Shown here: positions 1-9,379 of the stretch, piece by piece | Numbering within the stretch: position 1 is the stretch's first letter | Layout: each line of letters opens with the position of its first letter | Assembly: GCA_030603365.1 (NCBI GenBank) | Contig: JAUVXV010000002.1 | Span: forward strand, 192,001 to 256,000 | Length of the DNA: 64,000 nt | Reading direction: 5' to 3' | DNA from: Candidatus Heimdallarchaeota archaeon | GTDB taxonomy: Archaea; Asgardarchaeota; Heimdallarchaeia; Heimdallarchaeales; Heimdallarchaeaceae | Position numbers and translations under genes: made by a program | The notes under the pieces: generated by a model | Told to the model about the DNA's origin: nothing | Database searches by the model: none | What the model saw: the letters and a program-made list of their open reading frames with translations, nothing else

Positions 1-1155
1 TCCAAAAGCAATCTTTGCATAAATCCCAATTAAATTGAAAGAAATTCCTAATTCTTCTCTTCTTGATCTACTCAGAAGTTCATTAACAAAATCTTCTATT
101 TCTCGGAGAATTTCTTCTACTTCAAACTTGATAACAGACCTTGTTATTTCTGGTTTGTCGTCTTTGATATCTCCAACTAGTTTTGAGTTCTTGTATTGTG
201 TTGCAATTAGATTATTCAAAATCTGGTAAAATCTTGTTTCTAATAATAGCGATTTCTGTTGAATGAAAAAGCTTCTAATTGTATCTCCAAACTCAGGATC
301 ATTTATGTAAGGTTGAATTTCCGCCAATGCGCTACTATTTTCAATGTATGCCAGATTAAGCTGTTCAGTGATGTCTTCATTTGTGAATCGTACTCTCAGT
401 TGGTGTAATTGTGCTTTCAAAGAAAACAAAGAAGATTCAGAAGTTTTTATTCTTAAGAGCTCAAACGGTTCTTCCTCAATTTCCTTGAGATAATGATGCC
501 CTAGTCTAGCTTTTTCTATTGCGTCTTCAAATAATCCGCACCAATCCAAAAGATCTTCTTTGGAAATAACAGGGACTGTAACAAGGAAATTGTAAAGAGT
601 AAGTACCAACAATTGAGCATAATTGGTAGCTGATTTTACAATATTCAGCTTGTCAGTTTCAGATAGATTTAGCCGTAGAATGGAATCAAGTTGCATATAA
701 TCTATCAAAAAATTTAGATTCTGATTTTCTTTAGAGAGTAATTCACTGATTTTGTCTTTAGGAGGAAGCTTCCCATATTGAATTGTTCCTTCTAAAACAG
801 CATGAAGAGTATAATAGGGATTTAATCCTTTGAGTTTAGAAAAAAGATCAATAAATGCAGATAAAGCAGGATAAAGCATAAACTGTGAGCTGCAGTTTTC
901 TACTGCCTCCCACATTACTTTAATACTATACACAAGAAAATCAAAGTATTCTTTCTTGTAAACCCCAGATAATCGATATAAGCGCGAGATAAATGATTTG
1001 AAATGAGCAATTTTTGTGATGAATGAATCTACATCTACGTTTCTTTCTGAGAGAGTCAGAACTATCTCATCTACTTTACTTCGAACGAAATATATCATTT
1101 CTCTTGGTTGTAAACTTAAGAACTCATTTTGTTCTTGATCGAATGAATTGCTCAT
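1..1155 (-). CDS. Hypothetical helical protein, 3' end runs off the window (>=385 aa)
   Basis: Not in the ORF track. Read manually from ATG at 1155 (MSNSFDQEQNEFLSLQPREMIYFVRSKVDE...); open to base 1 with no stop. Confidence 0.8.
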   Translation of the reverse strand, partial: MSNSFDQEQNEFLSLQPREMIYFVRSKVDEIVLTLSERNVDVDSFITKIAHFKSFISRLYRLSGVYKKEYFDFLVYSIKVMWEAVENCSSQFMLYPALSAFIDLFSKLKGLNPYYTLHAVLEGTIQYGKLPPKDKISELLSKENQNLNFLIDYMQLDSILRLNLSETDKLNIVKSATNYAQLLVLTLYNFLVTVPVISKEDLLDWCGLFEDAIEKARLGHHYLKEIEEEPFELLRIKTSESSLFSLKAQLHQLRVRFTNEDITEQLNLAYIENSSALAEIQPYINDPEFGDTIRSFFIQQKSLLLETRFYQILNNLIATQYKNSKLVGDIKDDKPEITRSVIKFEVEEILREIEDFVNELLSRSRREELGISFNLIGIYAKIAFG

Positions 1156-1221
1156 TAATAACTAATGATTATGGAAACTGATAAAGGTGACGAAATTGTC
1201 AAAATTGAAAAAAAGAAAATG

Positions 1222-3039
1222 TTAGGCTAAATCTAACTTTTCTAGTTCTTCCTTGGTAGGATAACCAAGTTCATCCAAACCTCGTTTTTCGTAAAGCTTT
1301 GCTCTTGATTTAATAAAATCTTCATTATCGACAAAAGCAGTTTTACCTTCTGCTCGACCAGTAGGTAGAGGTTCTTCCATAAATCGTTTAGGAAGGTTAT
1401 CAAATTTAATTGGAGCTTTATCCCCAAATTCTCGAATATTGAACATTCTCTTCAGTATCCAAACTCTGCGAGCTACATTGATTAGCTCTTCCTCAGTAAC
1501 TTCCCTATCCCATACAGCTGACATAATGTCAACACAATCATCAAAACCTAAAGCTGGTTTGATACTATGTGTAAAGTGGCAGATGGAAAGACAATCTTTG
1601 ATAGTCTTGAGATCTTGTTGTTCAATCAAAGAATCTAGAACTTCAATCGCACTCTTATCAGGAACATCACTAGTAGTTGGCCATCCTCTCAAATGACTCG
1701 CACCAACAGCAGCTGTAGCATAACTGAGTCCTAAACCTAGTTTAGCTCGTGGATCCCAAGCTGCGAAAGGTAGTTTCTTAACATGAATAGCTAGATCCTC
1801 AATGTTCCAATGTTCAGCTGCTTGAGCTATTCCTTCAGCAAGAACATCACCTATATCCTTACGATAAGCTATCTTATCAATTAGTTCTAGAAATTTATCC
1901 ATATTTCCAAATTCGACATCATCAAATTCTGGTCCTTCGACTAATCCTTTCTCTTTGGCTTCCATGGTCATGGCTATTGCACTGCCAGTTGAGATAGTAT
2001 CTAGTCCTAGTTGGTTGCACAAGTAATTTGCATGAATAACAGCTTCAACATCATTTATCCCACAATTACCTCCAAGCATGGCAAGTGTTTCATATTCTGG
2101 TTTAGCAATTTCCTTTCTGTCTTTCTCAACCCAGTCAAAAACAGAAGCATCAAGAGTTTCACTGCAACCTATTGGACATTGAAAACATGGACGCCTGAAT
2201 CGTTTGTATTTCTCATCAAAAATTTCATGGCCAAGATTATCTACATCCTCAAATTCCCCTGATTGCCAATTACGAGTAGGGTAGTGATCAAGATTACTAG
2301 CTACTTGAACCAACCAGCTGGTTCCATGTTGATGGAGTAAATGACCATCATCCTTAGCATTTTTTGCTCGTTGAATAATATCTTTTCTAATATCAGCTAT
2401 TTGATCTTGATTGCCTTCTTTTGGACGAGAAGAACCTTTGACAGCTACAGCTTTAAGATTCTTTGAACCAAAAACTGCACCTAATCCTCCTCTTCCAGCA
2501 TTTCGAAAACCATCAGAAGTTGTACAAGCGAATTTTACAAGATTTTCCCCTGCAGGACCTATGGTCATTACTCTTACTTTTGGTTCTCTTTCTAACTCTC
2601 TAAGCAGTACTTCAGTTTCATAAACGAAGTAACCCCATAAATCGGTAGCATCCTTAATCTCAACTTTTTGATCTTTTATGGAGATATAGACTGGCTTAGA
2701 GGATTTACCTTCGATGATAATCAAATCGTAACCAGTAAATCTGATTTCTGGTCCGAAAAATCCTCCAGCATTACTATCCAAATACAAGCCTGTTAAAGGA
2801 CTCTTAGTCCCTATTGCATACCTGCCAGAAACAGGAATCTTTGAGCCTTGTAAAGGACCAGGAGCAATTATTATTTTATTTGCTGGTGAGAGAGGATCAA
2901 TATTAGGCTCTAACTCTTTATGCAAATAGTAAGTTATGAAACCTGTTCCTCCGATATAATCATAAATAACAGAATTCGGGATTTCTTCTGTTGAAACCGA
3001 TTTATCTGTTAGATTTATCCTTAGAAGCTTATTATTCAT
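1222..3039 (-). CDS. aor: Tungsten-containing aldehyde:ferredoxin oxidoreductase (AOR family)
   Basis: Motifs LRINLT, KSPLTG, IGPAGENLV, GRGGLGAVFGSKNLKA, CxxCPIGC, PEYET, GLDTISTG, ASHLR. Start set at ATG 3039 (MNNKLL) by comparison with the paralogue. Confidence 0.93.
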   Translation of the reverse strand: MNNKLLRINLTDKSVSTEEIPNSVIYDYIGGTGFITYYLHKELEPNIDPLSPANKIIIAPGPLQGSKIPVSGRYAIGTKSPLTGLYLDSNAGGFFGPEIRFTGYDLIIIEGKSSKPVYISIKDQKVEIKDATDLWGYFVYETEVLLRELEREPKVRVMTIGPAGENLVKFACTTSDGFRNAGRGGLGAVFGSKNLKAVAVKGSSRPKEGNQDQIADIRKDIIQRAKNAKDDGHLLHQHGTSWLVQVASNLDHYPTRNWQSGEFEDVDNLGHEIFDEKYKRFRRPCFQCPIGCSETLDASVFDWVEKDRKEIAKPEYETLAMLGGNCGINDVEAVIHANYLCNQLGLDTISTGSAIAMTMEAKEKGLVEGPEFDDVEFGNMDKFLELIDKIAYRKDIGDVLAEGIAQAAEHWNIEDLAIHVKKLPFAAWDPRAKLGLGLSYATAAVGASHLRGWPTTSDVPDKSAIEVLDSLIEQQDLKTIKDCLSICHFTHSIKPALGFDDCVDIMSAVWDREVTEEELINVARRVWILKRMFNIREFGDKAPIKFDNLPKRFMEEPLPTGRAEGKTAFVDNEDFIKSRAKLYEKRGLDELGYPTKEELEKLDLA

Positions 3040-3180
3040 GCGAGAAGAAAACAAGAAGATTTTTTAAAGGTTGTTTTTCAACAATTGAACATAATTAACT
3101 CCTCATGTAAGAAAAAGAAGGGATGAAGGTTTTGTTCATGTTATTACTTCTTTTCTATGTAGTTTCTGACAGCTGTTCCA

Positions 3181-4263
3181 TTATTTCTTTAACTTCTTCG
3201 AGATTATCCTTGGGAGAAATAATATAACTATGGGAAGAAGTAGAGTTAGTAAAATGATTTGTGGATATTCAGCTACTACAGGTTCTCCAAGAGGATATAA
3301 ATCAACAGCATCAGCTGAACCATCAATAGAATAAGCACCTGTTCCTGACCAATCTGACCAATAGTTACCCTCTTGTGTTGCAGTATCATACCAGGTATTA
3401 TTAATTCCATCATCATACGCTTGGGAAGTACCACCAAGATTATTATCTACAAAGGTATTATGGTGAATAAGATTATTTTCAGAATTGTATCTTAAGTATA
3501 CTCCATAGTCTTCATTTTCTTGTAGAAGATTGTAAGTAATGTAACAGAACTCTGAATCGCTAATATATATACCATGAGTGTTATTATTACAAGTATTGCT
3601 GGTAACAGTAGAACTACCAGAAGAGTAAAGTGCGATGCCCTCATAGTTGTTGTTGCTGCAAGTGTTGTTGGCAACAGTAGAACTCCTAGAATTGCCAATA
3701 AAGATGCCAGAACGACCCCTGTTATTGTTGCATGTGTTGTCAGTAACAGTAGAATTACTAGAATAGACAAGTTTGATGCCATCACTGTTGTTGTTGCATG
3801 TGTTGTTAGTAAAAGTAGAATTAGCAGAAGATTTTAAGTAAATGCCGCAATAATCGTTATTGCAGGACGTGCTGTTAGTGACAGTTGCTGTTCCATCAGC
3901 TGCATTATCGATATAAATTCCACAATCTAAAGCATCAACATAACAGTTGCGAATAATGAAATATTTAGTTGTATGTTCTATAGAAATCCCCTTACTCTCT
4001 GTTGTAGAAATATTATATCCTTCAATAATGTAAGGATCAGTTTCTATACCTGTTCCAGGAAAACCATAATCAGTGAAATTATCATCAGAGATTATTTCAA
4101 TGGCTTCATGGGGTGTTAAGGCTAGAAGAGAAGGATTTCTGATTTGGTCGTCTGTGATTGATAATGTAATATTAATTGAACTTTGGTTAATAGTAAAAAC
4201 CAGCAGTATAGAAACAATTATTCCTAAGATTGTTCTTCTCAAGAAGACATTACTTTTTTTCAT
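3181..4263 (-). CDS. Secreted parallel beta-helix (NosD/CASH-type) surface protein with C-terminal TM anchor
   Basis: Signal/TM N-terminus, GTGxxxDPYIIEGY motif, NNTCNNN repeats, GNYWSDW..DLYPL motif, C-terminal VAEYP-hydrophobic-KKLKK. Start probably ATG 4263. Confidence 0.85.
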   Translation of the reverse strand: MKKSNVFLRRTILGIIVSILLVFTINQSSINITLSITDDQIRNPSLLALTPHEAIEIISDDNFTDYGFPGTGIETDPYIIEGYNISTTESKGISIEHTTKYFIIRNCYVDALDCGIYIDNAADGTATVTNSTSCNNDYCGIYLKSSANSTFTNNTCNNNSDGIKLVYSSNSTVTDNTCNNNRGRSGIFIGNSRSSTVANNTCSNNNYEGIALYSSGSSTVTSNTCNNNTHGIYISDSEFCYITYNLLQENEDYGVYLRYNSENNLIHHNTFVDNNLGGTSQAYDDGINNTWYDTATQEGNYWSDWSGTGAYSIDGSADAVDLYPLGEPVVAEYPQIILLTLLLPIVILFLPRIISKKLKK

Positions 4264-4448
4264 TTTTTTACCTCGATCAATGTAACTATAATGATTGGCT
4301 TTTAATTGTAATAAACTTTGTCTAATCTTAGAGAAAAATAACAATTTTGTCGTAAAACTAAACCATTTCTAGAAAGCCTTATTTACTATAAAATGTATAC
4401 ATTATAATTTCAAATAGTTGAACTAAACTATTTGAGGTTTGAAAAGAG

Positions 4449-6482
4449 TTGATAAAAATGAACAAGAAAAAAAGAATAATAGTTATAAGTTTAAGCCTTC
4501 TTCTTATCGGTTTTCTACTAAGTATGGATTCTTTTAGCAGAGTTTATTCCTTGAATTCTCAAACAAATAATAATTTCCAAAACATTCTGAATTCATATGA
4601 TAAATCTTCATGGGTATGGAGTCAAGTAGATGTTATTTCGACGGATAGTACAAGCAATTCCCAGAATCCATCTTCTTTTGTAGATTCTTATGGGAATGTG
4701 CATGTAGCTTGGTGGGATTTTACTGATTATGCTGGGGCTGGACCAGATGCAGATGTTTTTTACAAAAAATGGGATTTTTCTTCTTCTTCCTGGACAGCAA
4801 CAGAAGTCGTCTCAACAGAAAGTACAAGTGATTCGCCCTATCCATCTCTTGCTGTTGATTCAACAGGAAATGTGCACATCGCTTGGGTAGATTTGACTAA
4901 TTATGCTGGTTGTGGAACTGATTTTGATATTTTCTATAAACACCGGAATGTAACAACTTCTCTTTGGACACCCACTGAAGTCATTTCTGTTGAAGGATCT
5001 AGTGGTGTAGGTCCTACCGCTCTTACTGTAGATCCTAAAGGTAATCCACACATTGTCTGGATTGAATCCTATGATTATCTAGGCTGTGGTACAGATGTTG
5101 ATGTTTTCTATAGAAGGTGGGATGACATTTCACAAACCTGGACAACTACTGAGGTTGTTTCCACTGAGAGTACTGATAGATCTATGGATCCTTCTATTGC
5201 TGCTGATTCCAAAGGGAATATTCATGTTGCTTGGCACGATTATACTGATTATGATGGTGCAGGAACAGATTATGACATTTTCTACAAATTATGGAATGTT
5301 ACTGCTGCTTCTTGGACAACTACTGAGGTTGTGTCTACTGAAAGTACAAGTAGTTCTAAGTATCAAAAACTTAAAGTTGATTCTATTGATAATGTGCATA
5401 TAGCGTGGGAAGATAGTACAGATTATGTGGGGAGTGGAACAGATACAGACATTTTCTATAAAAGCAAAGATGCTTCTTCAATGATATGGACAACTACTGA
5501 GGTTGTGTCTACTGAAAGTACAGGAAGTTCCAGAACCCCTTCCCTTTCTTGTGATTCAGGAAGTAATGCGTATATAACGTGGTATGATAGTACCAACTAT
5601 ACTAACTGTGGTACAGATTGGGACGTTTTCTACAAATACTGGGATTCTTATTCAATATCATGGACTGCAACAGAGGTCATTTCTTCTGAGAGCACAGGTT
5701 CTTCTGCGTACCCCTCTATTGTTGTCGATACAGCTGATAATGTCCACATTCTTTGGCATGATACTACTGATTATAATGGTTCTGGAACAGATTATGATGT
5801 TTTTTATCGAGTATTTTCTGGACCTCCTGTAAATCCTATTTTAGCATTTATCGTTCCTAATCCTAGCAAATCTGGTAATATAATCTTAGACTGGAATGAT
5901 GTTATAGGTGGAACAATATATCATGTTTATCGATCTTCTTCCTATATATGGTCTGTAGATGAATTGACACCTATAGCTTCAATTTCTCAAAGTTATTATA
6001 CAGATGTAATCAGTTCAGAAGGATTTTATTATTACTCTATAGTAGCAGAAAGTATAACTGGAGAAAAATCTTTTTCTAATTGCGAATATGTTGAAGTAAA
6101 ATTCTCAGAGCTGAAACCACCAATTTTAGCACCTATAATACCAAATCCTACAGAGAACAATGTTATAGCCCTAGATTGGGATGACGTGGAAGGAGCTATT
6201 CAATACTGTGTATTTCGTTCTACTTCCTTTATTTGGACAATAGAGGAGCTAACACCAATAGCATGTATTTCATCAAGTGATTATATAGACACATTACCGG
6301 ATCAGGGTTTCTACTACTACGTTGTTACTGCAAGCGATAGCATTTCTAATAGTACTTCTAATTGTCATTATGTTGAATACGAAGTCCCTCATATTCAAGA
6401 ATTTACAATTATTATTGGAGCAGTATTTGGTGTCATTGTAATTCTAGTAGGAATCAATAAACTGAAAAGAAAGAAACAATAA
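4449..6482 (+). CDS. Membrane-anchored surface protein: 7 tandem ~58-aa repeats (probable beta-propeller), 2 FN3/Ig-like domains, TM anchor
   Basis: Seven repeats WTTTEVVSTES..S..PS.AVDS.GNVHIAW.D.TDY.G.GTD.DIFYK; two LDWxDV..YxVYRS...YYYxVxA modules; C-terminal QEF-TM-KRKKQ. Confidence 0.8.
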   Translation: MIKMNKKKRIIVISLSLLLIGFLLSMDSFSRVYSLNSQTNNNFQNILNSYDKSSWVWSQVDVISTDSTSNSQNPSSFVDSYGNVHVAWWDFTDYAGAGPDADVFYKKWDFSSSSWTATEVVSTESTSDSPYPSLAVDSTGNVHIAWVDLTNYAGCGTDFDIFYKHRNVTTSLWTPTEVISVEGSSGVGPTALTVDPKGNPHIVWIESYDYLGCGTDVDVFYRRWDDISQTWTTTEVVSTESTDRSMDPSIAADSKGNIHVAWHDYTDYDGAGTDYDIFYKLWNVTAASWTTTEVVSTESTSSSKYQKLKVDSIDNVHIAWEDSTDYVGSGTDTDIFYKSKDASSMIWTTTEVVSTESTGSSRTPSLSCDSGSNAYITWYDSTNYTNCGTDWDVFYKYWDSYSISWTATEVISSESTGSSAYPSIVVDTADNVHILWHDTTDYNGSGTDYDVFYRVFSGPPVNPILAFIVPNPSKSGNIILDWNDVIGGTIYHVYRSSSYIWSVDELTPIASISQSYYTDVISSEGFYYYSIVAESITGEKSFSNCEYVEVKFSELKPPILAPIIPNPTENNVIALDWDDVEGAIQYCVFRSTSFIWTIEELTPIACISSSDYIDTLPDQGFYYYVVTASDSISNSTSNCHYVEYEVPHIQEFTIIIGAVFGVIVILVGINKLKRKKQ

Positions 6483-6803
6483 GATGAAGCTAAATTTCTT
6501 ATCTTTCCTTTCCTTTTTCTTTTTTACATTCTTCAGTGTTTTAGATTTAGAAAAGTTTAGAATTTTAAACTCCTTATCAATGAACAATAGATAGGTGTCT
6601 ACTAAATATAGAATTTTATCAATTGGGACGTTGATTGTGTTTTTTTCTTTTTTCAGCAAATTATTTCCCAATTGATAGTAATCTTTTTTGTTAAAGAGGA
6701 ATGTTTTGATGCAAATTGTGCTTATTTGTCAATAAAATTAATCTTTGTGAGAAAAAGGAAATACATGAAAATCTAGCTTAAATTGCTAGATTCCTTTTTT
6801 TCA

Positions 6804-8621
6804 TTAGTTTATATCTAATTTATCAATTTCTTGTTCAGTGGGAACTCCGTATTCATCTAGTCCTCGTTTTTCATATAACAATTGAAGTGATTTTTCAAAA
6901 TCCTCTTCGCTGACAAAAGCTTTACTTCCTTCCGCTCTACCTGAAGGTAAAGGTTCATTCATGAATCTATTGGGAAGAACATCATAATCAATTGGTTTGT
7001 AATTATCGAACTGGTTGATATTGAAAAGACGTTTAGTTATCCAGATTCTTTGGGCTATTTCCATCATCTCTTCTTTAGATACATCTCTGTCCCATAAGGC
7101 AGATAGTATTTTCTGTCTATCTTCAAATGAGAATCCTCCATCAATTACATAGGAGAAGGTACAAACTACTAGACAATCTATTAGAGATTTGTAATCCTGT
7201 TGTTCAATCAGGGAATCAATTACATCTAATGCGCTCTTATCTGGTACTTCAGCTGTCGCTGGCCATCCTCTCAAATGTGAAGCTCCAACAGCAGCTGTAG
7301 CATAACTCAGTCCAAGACCAAGTTTTCCTCTGGGATCCCAAGCAGCAAAAGGAAGTCCTTTGACATGTATGGCTAAGTTCTCTATTCCCCATTCTTCTGC
7401 AGCTTGAGCTACACCCTTAGCTAATACATTTCCGAATCCTTTTCTATATGCAATCATTTCAATGATTTCTAATAATTTCTCTCCGTTTCCGAATTTCACT
7501 CCTTCAAACTCTGGTCCTTTGAGTAAACCTTTCTCAACTGCTTCCATAGTCATTGCTATTGCACTTCCTGTTGATATTGTATCAAGTCCTAGTTGGTTGC
7601 AGAGATAGTTAGCATGAGAAATAATATCGTTATCACTAATTCCTACATTTCCTCCAAACATAGCAAGAGTTTCGTATTCAGGTCGAGCTATTTCTATCTT
7701 GTCTTCAGGAACCCAGTCAAAGTCTTTTGCATCCAAAGTAGATGAGCATCCTATTGGACAACCGTAACATGGTCTCTTAATTGCTGTATAAGCTTCTGCC
7801 ATATCAGGACCACCTATTTTTTTGTAATCTTCATATTCTCCTGATTGCCAATTACGTGTTGGATATTGGCTCATCTCATTAGCGAAACTAACAGCACTGC
7901 TAGTTCCGTAGGTAAACATTTCTGAACCAGAATCTTTTGCTTTCTTAGCTCTTGCCATTATATCTTTTCGAATCTCATCTATTTTCTCTTGATTTCCATT
8001 AGCAGGTTTTTCTGAACCTTTTACTGCTAAAGCTTTGAGATTCTTTGATCCAAAGACAGCTCCTAATCCTCCCCTGCCGGGATTGCGGTGACTATCAGCT
8101 GTTGGGCAAGATATAGCAACAAGATTTTCTCCAGCTGGACCAATACAAATAACCCTCATTCTGGGTTCGTTTTCATCTTCTTTTATCTTATCTTCAGTTT
8201 CATAAGAGAGTTTACCCCAAAGATGTTTTGCGTCCTTGATTTCAATGGCATCGTCTTTGATTGATACATAAACTGGATTAGATGATTTACCTTCCAGAAT
8301 AATAAGGTCATATCCTGCAAATCTGATTTCGGGTCCCAAAAATCCTCCTACATGACTATCTAGAAAATGGTTTGTGAGAGGACTCTTAGTACCTACTGCA
8401 TAACGTCCAGTGATTGGTATGCGTGTACCTGATGCTGGACCTGGTGCGATTATGATCTTATTTTCAGGTGATAAGGGATCAATTTTTTTCTGAAGTTCTT
8501 TGTATAGATAATATGAAATAAATCCAGTTCCACCTATATATTTCTTGTAAACGTCTTCTGGAATTTCTTCTTTTTTCATTGTTCTGTTTGAAAGATTTAT
8601 CCTTAGAAGTTTATTTCTCAT
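6804..8621 (-). CDS. aor: Tungsten-containing aldehyde:ferredoxin oxidoreductase (AOR family), second paralogue
   Basis: Same motif set as 1222-3039: CYGCPIGC, PEYET, GLDTISTG, ASHLRGWP. Confidence 0.93.
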   Translation of the reverse strand: MRNKLLRINLSNRTMKKEEIPEDVYKKYIGGTGFISYYLYKELQKKIDPLSPENKIIIAPGPASGTRIPITGRYAVGTKSPLTNHFLDSHVGGFLGPEIRFAGYDLIILEGKSSNPVYVSIKDDAIEIKDAKHLWGKLSYETEDKIKEDENEPRMRVICIGPAGENLVAISCPTADSHRNPGRGGLGAVFGSKNLKALAVKGSEKPANGNQEKIDEIRKDIMARAKKAKDSGSEMFTYGTSSAVSFANEMSQYPTRNWQSGEYEDYKKIGGPDMAEAYTAIKRPCYGCPIGCSSTLDAKDFDWVPEDKIEIARPEYETLAMFGGNVGISDNDIISHANYLCNQLGLDTISTGSAIAMTMEAVEKGLLKGPEFEGVKFGNGEKLLEIIEMIAYRKGFGNVLAKGVAQAAEEWGIENLAIHVKGLPFAAWDPRGKLGLGLSYATAAVGASHLRGWPATAEVPDKSALDVIDSLIEQQDYKSLIDCLVVCTFSYVIDGGFSFEDRQKILSALWDRDVSKEEMMEIAQRIWITKRLFNINQFDNYKPIDYDVLPNRFMNEPLPSGRAEGSKAFVSEEDFEKSLQLLYEKRGLDEYGVPTEQEIDKLDIN

Positions 8622-8739
8622 AGATTTCTTATCTATTACACGCTTTTAAGTATTATCAAGAAAAAAAAAGAAGGAGAGTTTTCACTCTCTTTCTATTTGT
8701 CATTTAAACAAGGTGAAATATTAGTTAGGTATTAGAACG

Positions 8740-9089
8740 CACGTTATGAAACTTGGTTAAACTTACCAGAAGGCGCCTAACCGTCGTTTAAGTGGGTCCC
8801 CTCACGTGCGTTGAGGGGAAGTTATGCAGATTTAGGTCTGCGATAGTTGGTGGAGCATCAGCACCGAGCTAGCTAGGCCCCCTGGTTCAAGGTAGATTTA
8901 CTGAGGGACAACCACTTGTGTAGTTGCGAACCAGATACATGCTGAAACGCACACCTTCTAACTTGCTATGTGTACTTTCATATATAAACTCGTAGAAAAA
9001 TCGCTCAGGGTTACTCGCTCCTGCTACTCTTTTTACCCGGGTAGAGAGCGTATGGCAAGATCAGTCAACTTTCCTGCTCTCAGTGGACG
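8740..9089. mobile_element. 350-bp non-coding, GC-rich, structured insertion flanked by an ACG direct repeat; non-autonomous element of unknown family
   Basis: ACG at 8737-8739 and 9090-9092; removal restores the host frame; many hairpins; no terminal inverted repeats; no credible ORF. Confidence 0.7.
8768..8959 (-). ncRNA. Putative ~190-nt structured RNA inside the insertion
   Basis: Minus-strand TTTATATA (8988-8981) lies ~22 nt upstream of AGAAGGUGU (8959-8951), which pairs with GCGCCUUCU (8776-8768). Internal stems: CUGGUUC/GAACCAG, GCAACUAC/GUGGUUGU, GCAGA/UCUGC, UCCCCUCA/UGAGGGGA. G-U pairs favour the minus strand. Confidence 0.5.
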
Positions 9090-9379
9090 ACGGTTCCAAG
9101 AAAACCATTTGTCGTACCATCAATATTCCATAGAATACCAAACAGTTTCATTCCTTCAAAATCCTCAAAGCCTTGTAATGTAAACATCCCATAAAGCATT
9201 CCACCTACTTTCTTAGCCATGATAGTTCCAGTGAAATATCCTGATAGATCTCCCCATGTGATGTAAAACCAAGTTTGTCCATTGACTACAAGAACTCCTG
9301 TTGCTAGGTCTATTTTAGCATTGAACAATGATTTTGTCCATCCAGTTATTATATCGTCTCCAATAGTTCCACCTAATAA

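Noticed and set aside
8740-9089. RNase P RNA, SRP RNA, or canonical group I/II intron
   Set aside because: No SRP helix-8 motif, no matching pair of RNase P P4 strands, no GUGYG start at a junction or domain V, no recognisable group I P7 core. The element also sits inside a coding sequence. Judged by eye; cmscan is needed.
8968-9183. 71-aa plus-strand ORF as the element's mobility protein
   Set aside because: It runs out of the element into the antisense strand of the host gene and has no recombinase or nuclease motifs.
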